Below, piece after piece: positions 8,227-17,340 of a DNA stretch of 24,948 nt. The notes under the pieces were generated by a model. The model searched no databases. It had not been told where the DNA came from and saw only the letters and a list, made by a program, of their open reading frames with translations. The DNA is from a virus (lineage: Duplodnaviria > Caudoviricetes): positions 1 to 24,948 of IMG/VR virus record IMGVR_UViG_3300044795_000044; one strand, given 5' to 3'. How positions within the stretch are numbered: the first letter of the stretch is position 1; every line of letters begins with the position of its first letter. The translations under genes were made by a program, and so were the position numbers.

Positions 8227-10764
8227 ATGCCCGATTTTGAGGAATTAAGACTCCGCGTTACGTTGCAGGACGAAGCGAGTGCTCAGCTAACCAGTCTGCG
8301 CACTGAACTATCGCAGCTTGGCGCTGGCTCGCAGGGACAAGGTTTTGAACGGGTTCGTCGGCAGTCTGCCGAACTAACGCAAATCATGCGGCCGGTGGCG
8401 CAGGGTTCGCTTAGCGTGCGCCAAGGCCTGTCATTGATGGGCACGCAATTTGCTGCCGCTGGCGTTGCTGTCGCTGCACTGGGTTATGCGTTTTATAATC
8501 AGGTGCAAAGACTGAAGGAATTTGCCACTCAAATCACTAATCTGAATGCGCAGGCACGCGCTCTCGGCATTAGCGGCGCGCAGTTTGAAAGCATCAAACG
8601 TCAACTGGAAGGGATGGGCATATCCGGTCAGAGAGCCGAAGGATTCATCAACAATTTTGTAAAATCGATCGCTGATCTGTCGCGCGAAGGAAGCCAACTT
8701 CGACAGCGGTTAATGTCGGCAACCAGTGATCCGGAAGCCATGCGCGACTGGATCAACCGGATGACCGGCTTCGCCAATCAAGGCGATATCGAAGGCGCGA
8801 TGAATGAGTTCGTCGAGGGCGCGAATAGGGCGTTCGAAGCCGAATTGCAACGCACCGGTTCGCGCATTATGGCGGCCGACTTACTCAGTCATTTGTTGAA
8901 GGGCTTTAATGTCGACGACGAAACGTTCCAGAAAATTTCTGGCCGTCTGACGGCGCTGACAGAGGAGGAAAGACAGCAGTTTGAGCGACGCTATCAAGCG
9001 GCGCGCCAATACGAGCAGGAATACAATCGACTGGCCGGCAATCTGCGCGGTTTCTGGCGCGAGATGAATACCGAGTTGCTCGGTGCGTTCACTGAAATCC
9101 TAGCAGAGTTCAATATCAGTGAAGCAGATTTCGCGCGGTGGGGCACTGCGGTTGGTGGTTTCTTTGCTGGCGCCATTAGAGACGCTGCCGAATTGATCCG
9201 ATCGATTAATCGAGTGATCGAATGGGTCACCTCGCTAAAAGATAAGACTGCCGCCGACATCGGGCGCGACATCGTTCAAGCTGCCGGCGTTACTGGTGCC
9301 GGTGGTCAACCAGTACAAGGTTGGAGCGATTGGTTACAAGGCCGCGGTGAAGCCCTTGGAAGAGGACTTAGCAATGCCGCGACTGGGTTAGGACAAATCG
9401 GACGAGAATTATTTGGCGGCCAAGCTCAGGCGGCTGAAGCCGGCCAAGGCGAGGCGACATTCGCTGATCGCTTTGGCGCGCTAGCCGAAATGCAAGAGAA
9501 TACTTCGTCGCTTGAGACGCAAACCGATCAAATGCGTGACTTGGCTGAAGAGTTCAGCGAACTCAATGATTCGCTACAAGCCAGAGGTGGCGGTCCCGGT
9601 GGCGCTGGTGCAGCAGAGGCTCGCGCTCTCGGCGGTACGGTTTATGCAGGACGTCGCTATGTCGTTGGTGAGCGCGGTCCGGAATTATTCTGGAAACGTC
9701 AGGAAGGCGGCGCGGTAGAGCCGGGCGAAGGCTACGTCGTCGGCGAGAGCGGTCCCGAAACTTTTGTGCCGCGAGAAAGCGGCACCGTCATTCCGAACAC
9801 AGCGCGCATGGGCGGCCTCCTCAGCGGTGCTGCACCATGGGCCGCCTACGGCGCCGCAATAGCGTTGGAGGGCAAAGTCCCGGGAATTGCCGGCATAACG
9901 CACGCCACCATGCGCGGCACTAATCCTGATTTAGCTCAAGAAGGACTGGCCGGTGTTTTACGTGGCGTCATTCCCGGCATCGGCGGCCTAGAGGCGATCA
10001 AACGAGATGCGGCGCAAGGCCATCCAATGCGGACGCAATTGCGCGCATTGCTTGGCCTGGAAGACCCCGGCGAGCCGGCGCCATGGCAACAAGAAGGAGG
10101 TGGCGGCAGCGGCGGCGCATTAGCGAGCTTCGCTGAGCGATTTCAAGGAGAGGCGCCGGGCGCAGCTGGCGCAGCGGGGCTTGCGGCGCCTGGAGGCGAA
10201 GGTGGCGGCGGGTCGCTGTTCATGGGCCTGCAACAGCTATTCGCACCACAGGCCGCGGCTGCGGCCGCAGCGGCAGCTGCGCCGGCAGCAGGTGGTGGTT
10301 TGGGCATACCAACAGCGGCGCCAGCGCTCCGTGAGCCGACTGGATCAACGGCACCGTTCAGCGGTGCGGCGGGAGGAGCCGGTGGGTTTGGCGGCGGCGG
10401 GCTTGCGATCCCTGGATATTCGTCGGAAGGCGCTACTGTCAATTTGCTTGCGCCGACGTTCGGCGGCGAAGGTCAAGGCGGCGGTGCGATATCGTTCTTC
10501 CAAGAGACGAGCGCTGAATTGAGCGCCGAACGCCAAGAGGCCGATCGCAAAGCGGTTGATAGGATCAGTGGCGGTGAAATCACCTCGCGAGTTGAGGGAG
10601 AAGGCACCGTCAATGTTGATGTCGGAGATGGTGGCGCAAAAAGGCGGAGCGCGCGCAATTTGCTTTTCAAGAAAACTGCAATTCACCGTCAGTCGCAAAT
10701 GGAACAGGCGGAAGCGGGACCAGCGACAGCAGGCTCGGCAGTGTCAGAGGCGACGACAGGATGA
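8227..10764 (+). CDS. Tape-measure-like protein 3 (845 aa), paralog of TMP1/2, no recognisable enzyme domain
   Basis: MPDFEELRLRVTLQDEASAQL...GYAFYNQV...SDPEAMRDWINRMTGFANQGDIE...RTGSRIMAADL. Two tandem GG.V..G..Y.VGE.GPE.F motifs, then Ala/Gly-rich sequence, ending VEGEGTVNVDV...LFKKTAIHRQSQME. Confidence 0.8.
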   Translation: MPDFEELRLRVTLQDEASAQLTSLRTELSQLGAGSQGQGFERVRRQSAELTQIMRPVAQGSLSVRQGLSLMGTQFAAAGVAVAALGYAFYNQVQRLKEFATQITNLNAQARALGISGAQFESIKRQLEGMGISGQRAEGFINNFVKSIADLSREGSQLRQRLMSATSDPEAMRDWINRMTGFANQGDIEGAMNEFVEGANRAFEAELQRTGSRIMAADLLSHLLKGFNVDDETFQKISGRLTALTEEERQQFERRYQAARQYEQEYNRLAGNLRGFWREMNTELLGAFTEILAEFNISEADFARWGTAVGGFFAGAIRDAAELIRSINRVIEWVTSLKDKTAADIGRDIVQAAGVTGAGGQPVQGWSDWLQGRGEALGRGLSNAATGLGQIGRELFGGQAQAAEAGQGEATFADRFGALAEMQENTSSLETQTDQMRDLAEEFSELNDSLQARGGGPGGAGAAEARALGGTVYAGRRYVVGERGPELFWKRQEGGAVEPGEGYVVGESGPETFVPRESGTVIPNTARMGGLLSGAAPWAAYGAAIALEGKVPGIAGITHATMRGTNPDLAQEGLAGVLRGVIPGIGGLEAIKRDAAQGHPMRTQLRALLGLEDPGEPAPWQQEGGGGSGGALASFAERFQGEAPGAAGAAGLAAPGGEGGGGSLFMGLQQLFAPQAAAAAAAAAAPAAGGGLGIPTAAPALREPTGSTAPFSGAAGGAGGFGGGGLAIPGYSSEGATVNLLAPTFGGEGQGGGAISFFQETSAELSAERQEADRKAVDRISGGEITSRVEGEGTVNVDVGDGGAKRRSARNLLFKKTAIHRQSQMEQAEAGPATAGSAVSEATTG

Positions 10765-10767
10765 GCA

Positions 10768-12003
10768 ATGCCGCGACGAGAAGAAACGGCGACGTTATAC
10801 GTTAACGGCATGATGTTTGACGACTGGGAATCCGTGATGGTTCAGGATCGTATGCATGAACCATATCCGCAGTTCCGTTTTACTGCCGCTGAACGTGACA
10901 GACCGGTTGCAGAATGGCAGTTATTGCAATTTGCTCCCGGCGACAATTGTATGATTTTTCTGGCCGGCATCCGCGCCATCACCGGCATTATTTTATCCCG
11001 CCAAGTCGCCTACGACGCCAATCAGCATGGTGTGCAGCTGCAAGGCGTCGGTCGAAGCTGGGCGGCAGCGACGGGTTGCATCATCGATGAGACACATAAT
11101 TATGATGGCATGCCATTCCAGGCGATCGCCGACAAGGTTACGGCGCCGTTCGGCGTTAAAGTTATTCCGAAGGGCAGCGTCGACAATACGCCGTTCAAAC
11201 GTTGCCAGTCGCAGCCTGGACAAACGGTTTGGGATTTTCTTGAAGGCATTGCCCGTCCGCGCGGCATTATCATGGGCAGTGATACCGACGGAAATCTTCT
11301 GGCGATCGGTCAGCATGAACAGCCTGCAGCGCAAGAATTAACGGAAGGTTATGACATCAAGCGTTGTCAATGCGTAATCTCGATTGAAAATACGCGCTAT
11401 GACTTCCGAGTGCAGGGCGAAACGGCGGCAGATAATTCACAGCATGGCAAGGCTTCAAGCGAACAGGAGGCCATTGTTGGTGGGACGCTGCGTTTGTTTC
11501 GTCCATTGGTGACAGTTGCCGAACAGCCGGTGTGGGGCATTGGTGAATTGCAAAGTCGCGCTGCTAATGAGCGGAAGTGGAATGAGGGCACGCGGATTGA
11601 TTGTACGATCACGGTATGGGGTTGGTTGCGCAAGAACGGCGCCTTGTGGAGAGCCGGTGATGAAGTGACCGTGCAATCGCCGATGTTGATGTTGGGACCG
11701 AGTACCGTTCTGAAAGCTGAAACTGTCACTTTCACTCAATCGAGTGATTCAGGAACAGAAACGACATTGCAGCTGAGAGACCCTTACTACTTGAACGGCA
11801 AATATAATTATCAGCTCGGAAAACCGGTAGGCCAAGCAAATAAAATGCAACGTCCAGAAGATCAAATAATAGCGGACATGATGCAGGAAGAGCGCGAGGA
11901 AGCTAGTGATCAGGCGCCAGCAGCTAGATCAGCCGGGCCAGCGGCAAACGCGCCAGCGGCGCAAGTGCCAGACCCGGGGCCCGCAACACTTGATGAACTA
12001 TAA
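10768..12003 (+). CDS. Baseplate hub protein (Mu gp44/gpP-like)
   Basis: ATLYVNG..FDDWESVMV, QPGQTVWDFLEGIARPRG, SDTDGNL, ITVWGWLR.NGALWRAG, TFTQS.DSGTETTLQL are characteristic of Mu P-type hubs. It follows the TMPs and has a low-complexity C-terminal extension. Confidence 0.85.
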   Translation: MPRREETATLYVNGMMFDDWESVMVQDRMHEPYPQFRFTAAERDRPVAEWQLLQFAPGDNCMIFLAGIRAITGIILSRQVAYDANQHGVQLQGVGRSWAAATGCIIDETHNYDGMPFQAIADKVTAPFGVKVIPKGSVDNTPFKRCQSQPGQTVWDFLEGIARPRGIIMGSDTDGNLLAIGQHEQPAAQELTEGYDIKRCQCVISIENTRYDFRVQGETAADNSQHGKASSEQEAIVGGTLRLFRPLVTVAEQPVWGIGELQSRAANERKWNEGTRIDCTITVWGWLRKNGALWRAGDEVTVQSPMLMLGPSTVLKAETVTFTQSSDSGTETTLQLRDPYYLNGKYNYQLGKPVGQANKMQRPEDQIIADMMQEEREEASDQAPAARSAGPAANAPAAQVPDPGPATLDEL

Positions 12004-12010
12004 ATGGCCT

Positions 12011-12026
12011 GTGACGATTTCGTCAC
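12011..12026. repeat. Perfect inverted repeat GTGACGA-TT-TCGTCAC in the hub/spike intergenic gap
   Basis: 7-bp arms with a 2-nt spacer (or a 6-bp stem with an ATTT loop), about 20 nt upstream of the spike ATG. Function unknown. Confidence 0.4.
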
Positions 12027-12046
12027 CCCTTTAAGAGAGAACAATC

Positions 12047-13165
12047 ATGCATCGAGCAACACCATCAGGCACGTCAACCCGCGGCTATAGTTCGGGCGGT
12101 TCGCGCGCGACGATCGACGAAACTGATGACGATCAGTACATGCAACAAACTAAAGGCAACATGATGAAAGGTGAGACCCGCGGTGAAGTCGAGCATCCGC
12201 AAAATTACGGTTTTGCCTCGCGAGTATTTAAATCGAATGGTAATGGCGGCGGCGGTGGCGGCGGAGGTGGGGGTGGTGGCGGTAGCAGCAGTGAAAGCTG
12301 GGAAGGCCCTGAAGGCTTCATGAGCTTTATGGGCGGCAGTCGCTCGTTTCCAGTCTTGGGCATTTTAGATGATCGTCGTCATCGCATGTTTAAAATGGAG
12401 GAAGGCGACGTCGGCATGTTTCGCGGCCGCGAAGATGCGCAGCAAATTCATCTTCGCGAGGATGGGACTTTTATATCGCACCGCGACGATAAGAAATTTC
12501 GCGTTGCAGAAGTGCCTAAGCCGCAGGACGGGCAACAAAGCGGTGGCGGAGGCGGAGCGCAGGGCCGCGCTGCCGGTGGTGGCGGCGGAGGCGGATCAGG
12601 CGGCGGACAACAGGGTGGCCAAAAAGGCCAAAAGCCGGTTTATGAAGAGAACGAAAAGTCCGAAACATTTATGGAGCAAAAGAAGGAGCACACCAACGTC
12701 AATCAAGCGGGCTCTATGGGAATCAAGGCTGGAAAAAATACTCAATTTGAAGCCAGCAAACACATGCGTAAGGGTGAAACCCATCGCGAGGGTGACGTGT
12801 ACACAGAAGGTCTCAATCACGCCAAGGATCACCGTGCCGGCGGCGGGACCTCGATATCAGGAAGTTCAGGTCGCACAGGACGCATAGGGCGGGTCGCTGG
12901 TGGTGGCGGCGGCACTGGAGGTTTCAATCCGACGCATTGGAGCGCACAAGGCAAGGAAGGCATGACATCGCTGCTGCAGACGGCGGCCAAGGTGGGCACG
13001 TTGAACGGCATGATGCCGATGATGAGCGGCATCATGCAGATGATTCAGCAGCAGCTGAGCCCTGGTCAAAGCAACGAACAAAGAGAACAGATGAACCAAG
13101 CCCTGCATGAACTGGAAGACAAGATCGACCAGCTGCAATCAATACCAGATTTGCCACCGGAGTGA
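12047..13165 (+). CDS. Baseplate central spike protein (Mu gp45/gpV-like) with poly-Gly insertions
   Basis: GETRGEVEHPQNYGFAS, EGFMSFMGGSRSFPV...DDRRHR...EEGDVGMF match the Mu gp45 OB-fold region (E..Q.YGF.S; GG.R; DDRR.R...GE). It follows the hub gene. Confidence 0.85.
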   Translation: MHRATPSGTSTRGYSSGGSRATIDETDDDQYMQQTKGNMMKGETRGEVEHPQNYGFASRVFKSNGNGGGGGGGGGGGGGSSSESWEGPEGFMSFMGGSRSFPVLGILDDRRHRMFKMEEGDVGMFRGREDAQQIHLREDGTFISHRDDKKFRVAEVPKPQDGQQSGGGGGAQGRAAGGGGGGGSGGGQQGGQKGQKPVYEENEKSETFMEQKKEHTNVNQAGSMGIKAGKNTQFEASKHMRKGETHREGDVYTEGLNHAKDHRAGGGTSISGSSGRTGRIGRVAGGGGGTGGFNPTHWSAQGKEGMTSLLQTAAKVGTLNGMMPMMSGIMQMIQQQLSPGQSNEQREQMNQALHELEDKIDQLQSIPDLPPE

Positions 13166-13168
13166 GCC

Positions 13169-13843
13169 ATGGTTGCCGTCAGAAATGCGTGGCGCGATAA
13201 GCTGATCCCAGCCTTTTTTAGAAATCAGAACAGGAACGGGGAGGAAGCGATGTTTCACGTCGAATCGGCCAGCAAAGAAAGTGGCCGTCGCATCGTCACG
13301 CATGAGTTTCCAAAAAAAGATTTACCGTATGCTGAAGACATGGGTCGACGCGCGATCGAGTTCAGCGTGCGTGGATACATCATCGCTTATCCGTACAAGC
13401 CAGAAAATCACGGCGGTCAAACGACAAACGAACCGTTGCTGCAAGAGGACTATACAATCGCCCGCGACATCTTGATGGCTCATCTTGATGGAGAAGGTCC
13501 CGGCATTCTGCAATTGCCGAATGGCCACGGCTTTTTGCAGCCGATAAGAGTTGTTTGTACACGCTATCGTATGACGGAAGAGCAAAGACTCGGCGGCTAT
13601 TGCACGTTCGATATGGCGTTCACTGAGCTTGGCGCGCCGCCATTCCGTGAGTTTATCAATCCGCGCGAGAATTTGCTTACTGCCTCACAGGCGGTCAGAG
13701 ACCGCATACAGCAGAATTTGAGCGCCATCGGGATGGCGGATCAGCGGGCACTTTATAACAGAACGGCGCAACGGCAATTTGCGGCAATGTCGGATGAACA
13801 GCGGCGGGCCGCCATCGAGGCGGCAGAGACGAGCCGGCCATAA
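13169..13843 (+). CDS. DNA circularisation protein N-terminal domain (Mu gp43/gpN-like, N-half)
   Basis: WRDKLIPAFFR...FHVE...GRRIVTHEFPKKDLPYAEDMGRRA..FSVRGY...L...GPGILQLP...FDMAFTE is the DNA_circ_N signature. Confidence 0.85.
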   Translation: MVAVRNAWRDKLIPAFFRNQNRNGEEAMFHVESASKESGRRIVTHEFPKKDLPYAEDMGRRAIEFSVRGYIIAYPYKPENHGGQTTNEPLLQEDYTIARDILMAHLDGEGPGILQLPNGHGFLQPIRVVCTRYRMTEEQRLGGYCTFDMAFTELGAPPFREFINPRENLLTASQAVRDRIQQNLSAIGMADQRALYNRTAQRQFAAMSDEQRRAAIEAAETSRP

Positions 13844-14511
13844 TGTTCAGAGAAGACGCCAAAGAAGCAGTGCCGATTGTCGATCGCGCCTTGACGGAGC
13901 TATTGTCGTGGACCCCGGCGCGCGGCCGTCCCGGCGCGGAAGTACGAAACTTGATTGGCAGGCTGAAGGCCCGGCTTGAGGAATTGTTAGCGGCCGATCT
14001 GATCGGGCCGCCGCTCGATCAATGTTTTGATTTAGCTCGCCGCAGCGGCATCACGCGCGGGCAAATGGCGCAAGTACGCTTGGCAATGACAGACTACAAT
14101 CCGACCACTGTCGGCGCCATCGTTATAAAAAACTCACTAGTGCAGTTGAGCCTGGCGACGGAAGGGCACATCCTTGCCAACATGAGCTTTGCTACGAGAA
14201 TGGAAGTGGAGTTATTGCTCGCCGATATGAATACTGCATTTCTCGCGGCCATTGAAACGGTGGCCGACACGCTTGATTCGATGACGTATCGCGTTTTGGT
14301 TCAGCTACACGCCGCCGTTGTTCATTTTCTTACCGAAACCGGGCGGCCATTGCCGCGCATGATGCGCTATCAGTTCGCTGGCACCATGCCATCTTTAGTC
14401 ATGGCGCATCGGCTCTATGGCGATGCTGGCAGAGCGGATCAACTTAGGCTTGAAAATAAAGTCATCCATCCCGCCTTTATGCTTCGTACCGGCCGAGCGC
14501 TGTCGCAGTGA
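13843..14511 (+). CDS. DNA circularisation protein C-terminal part (Mu gp43-like C-half, LysM-like end)
   Basis: Helical region ending LPRMMRY...MPSLVMAHRLYGDAGRADQLRLENKVIHPAFM, matching the C-terminal P.LV.A.RLYGDA.R..EL...N...HP.F motif of gp43 homologs. TAATG overlap with the upstream gene. Confidence 0.75.
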   Translation: MFREDAKEAVPIVDRALTELLSWTPARGRPGAEVRNLIGRLKARLEELLAADLIGPPLDQCFDLARRSGITRGQMAQVRLAMTDYNPTTVGAIVIKNSLVQLSLATEGHILANMSFATRMEVELLLADMNTAFLAAIETVADTLDSMTYRVLVQLHAAVVHFLTETGRPLPRMMRYQFAGTMPSLVMAHRLYGDAGRADQLRLENKVIHPAFMLRTGRALSQ

Positions 14512-14546
14512 AATGTGCTGGGCGAATGTAACAGCCGAGAACCATC

Positions 14547-17340
14547 GTGAATATTACCCCGATAGGTACAATAGCCATTGGGGTGCTCAGAGGCGAATGG
14601 CTATCATTTGATTTAGCTGCGACGGGCGCACCGGATCGCGCTGCAATTAATGCTAATGCAGTTACGGGCGCGCGATTAGCTGCGCGAGATGCCCCAGATC
14701 GCGTCGCATTTTTTGGCCGGCTCGTTAATAATGCTCAACTCGAAGCAAGAGAGCGTCCCGATGGTGCTTCGTTCCTCGCCGGCAATTATGTTGTAGGTGA
14801 TCTAAACGGAAAGGAGAACCCTGATCGAGCTACGATTGCTGGCGGCCTTGTCAGCGTCGGCCGCTTGGTTGGCAGTGAGCGCGCCGATACTGCTGCAATC
14901 GCTTCGCATCTTAGCACGAGTGGACAACTGGTCGCGGCGGACATTCGCGATCGAGCAGGATTTAGCGGCACGGCGTTTCTACAGCTGTTCGCTAGCCTCG
15001 TTGCTAAAGAAAATCCCGATGTCGTTTCGATCTTTACAGAAAGAGGTCTAAGCGCCGCTGGGCCCAGCATCGCTCCGATCGGCACTGTCGCGATCGGAAT
15101 ATCAGGATGGCGCGGCGAGGCGTTATCGCTGAATCTGATCGCGAGCGACGCACCAGACCGCGTCGCGATTACAGGTCGCGCAGCGACCAGTGCGCAGCTG
15201 GCGGCGACCGACACTCCCGATCGCGTCGCGATCGCCGGTCGCACGATTACCAATGCCAGGCTCGTCGCCACCGACACTCCTGATCGAGCCGCATTCGCTG
15301 CCCGCGTTAGTAATAACGGACGGTTGGAAGCGACGGAGCGTCAAGACGGTGCCGCATTCTTAGCCGGCAATTATATTCTTGTTGCGCTAGCTGCGGCGGA
15401 AGCTCCTGACCGGGCAATATTTGCTGGCGCCGGTCACACTACAGGCACTTTGGTTGCGGTCGATAGTCCAGACCGCGGCACTTTTGTTGGTGGTAGCCAT
15501 GCGGTGGGCATTCTGGTCGCGCGTGAGGTTCGCGACCGCGCCGCAATTACCGGTCGGGTTGATGTTTCCGGCGGTCTGTTCGCTAGAGAAAGACCAGACA
15601 CTGTCGCAATTTATAGCTCGCGAGGTCTGAGCACAGCGGGAACGAGTGTTGCGCCGATTGGTACTCTTGCCATCGGACTATTGAAGGCGCGCGGCGAAGC
15701 TCTATCAGCTGATCTGGTTGCGACGGAGTTTCGAGACAGTGCAGCAATTGTTGGCCGCGCCATTAATCACGCGCGGTTAGAGGCGACAGAGCGTCCAGAC
15801 GGCGCTTCATTTTTTGCCGGAAATGTTATCGCTGTCGTCCTGGCGGGCAAAGAAGCTCCTGATCGAGTGCGGCTTACCGGTCTTGCGTTTGCAAGATTGT
15901 TTGGCGACCTCGCGGCAACAGACAGTCCAGATACCGCCGCGATCTATAGTTCTAGAGGTCTAAGCGCCGCTGGACCAAGCGTGGCACCAATCGGCACTGT
16001 TGCGATTGGGCTTCTTCGCGCCTCTACTGAAACGCTGCTGCTGAATCTCGCAGCGACAGAAGTTCGTGACGGTGCAGTATTAGCTGCTCAAGCAGTTAAT
16101 AATGCACGATTAGCAGCAACAGAGCGTCAAGACGGCGCCGCGTTCTTTGCTGGAAACGTTATTGTCGGCGCGCTCACGGGCACGGAGGCCCCAGACCGGG
16201 CGCGGTTTATTGGTCTTACTTTTGCAAGATTGTTCGGCGACCTCGCGGCTACGGACAGGCCAGACACTGCTCGTATCTATAGCTCGCGGGGATTAAGTAC
16301 GGCTGGAGCGGGCATTGCTCCGATCGGCACCTTCGCCATTGCTACGCTCGGCTGGAGCGGTGAGCCGCTATCGCTGAATCTGGCTGCGACAGAGACGCAG
16401 GACACAGCCCAGTTCGTTGCCGGCGGCATTGTGACCGGCAGGTTACTCGCCACTGAGGCTCGTGACCGTGTCGCGATCGTCGGTTCTACGACAGTGCCGG
16501 CGGTGTTTGGCGTTCTGGCGGCCAGGGACAGTCCTGATGTCGCTGCCTTTACGAGCACAAGAGGTATCAGTGTAGCCGGCGCGCTGGTCGAGCCGATCGG
16601 CACCGTCGCGATCGGAACGCTCGGCAGACGCATAGAAGCGCCAGTCGAGGAGATCATCGGTGCTTTCGTTGCGATTGAGCCTCGCGATCGAGTTGCCATT
16701 GTTGGTGACGTAAGCGTTGTTGGCGCTCCAATCTTTGGCAATCTGGCTGCAAGAGACAGACCCGACACCGCTTCGTTCACGACTACTGAAGCAGTATTCG
16801 CGGCAGGTGCTGGTGTCGGTCTAATCGGCACATTTGCGATTGGAACGCTTGGCAAGCCTATAGCAGCGCCGCCGGTTGTAGAAGTTATCTATGGCGACTT
16901 AGCCGCTCGCGACAGTCGCGACATTGCTTCGTTCTATAGCACGAGAGGAATATCTGCGGCGGGTGCCGGCGTCGCTCCGATTGGCACCCTCGTTATCGGA
17001 ATTCTCGGACGCTGGCTCGAACCACTGTCGCTGAGGTTGGCAGCGACAGAACCGCGCGATCGAGCGACGATCGTCGGCGATACGTACCTTAAAGATTTGT
17101 TCGTTAACCTCGCTGCGATCGAGGCTCAAGATCGCGTCAGGATTTTCGGCGGCGTAGCAATCGACGGGCAGTGGACCGCGGCTGAGCGGTCTGACCGAGC
17201 CATCTTCAGAGGCGGCGCTCTTTGGCCGGCCGTCGGCGATCTGGTTGCTACTGAACAACCAGACATCATTTTAATCGAACAATTCCCGGCGCGCCTGCTG
17301 GCGACTGAGAATCCTGATCGGGCGGCGTTCCATGGCGAGC
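14547..17340 (+). repeat. Hierarchical coding repeats: many ~20-aa LAATE.PD.A.F.G units punctuated by eight PIGT.AIG blocks
   Basis: Seen in the translation. S.RG(L/I)S.AG..(V/I)APIGT.AIG blocks occur near 15040, 15615, 15945, 16280, 16550, 16780 (degenerate) and 16940, plus a truncated copy at the N-terminus. DNA-level similarity is visible, e.g. tttgcaagattgtt(t/c)ggcgacctcgcggc near 15888 and 16221. Confidence 0.85.

Noticed and set aside
1018-10764. TMP triplication as a simple assembly duplication
   Set aside because: The copies differ substantially in amino acids and synonymous sites, carry different cargo and have clean stop/start junctions. They are not identical repeats, although read-level confirmation is still desirable.
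1018-12003. Stop-codon reassignment making one giant polyprotein
   Set aside because: The junction stops are TAA and TGA, each followed within 0-3 nt by an ATG that starts a homologous or recognisable N-terminus. All three stop codons terminate genes normally in this window.
12240-12290. G-rich tracts as G-quadruplex or microsatellite elements (also ~2480-2530)
   Set aside because: They are explained by poly-Gly codons with mixed third positions.
14547-17340. CRISPR array or non-coding tandem repeat
   Set aside because: The repeats are degenerate at the DNA level, conserved at the protein level and in frame. There are no identical repeats with unique spacers.
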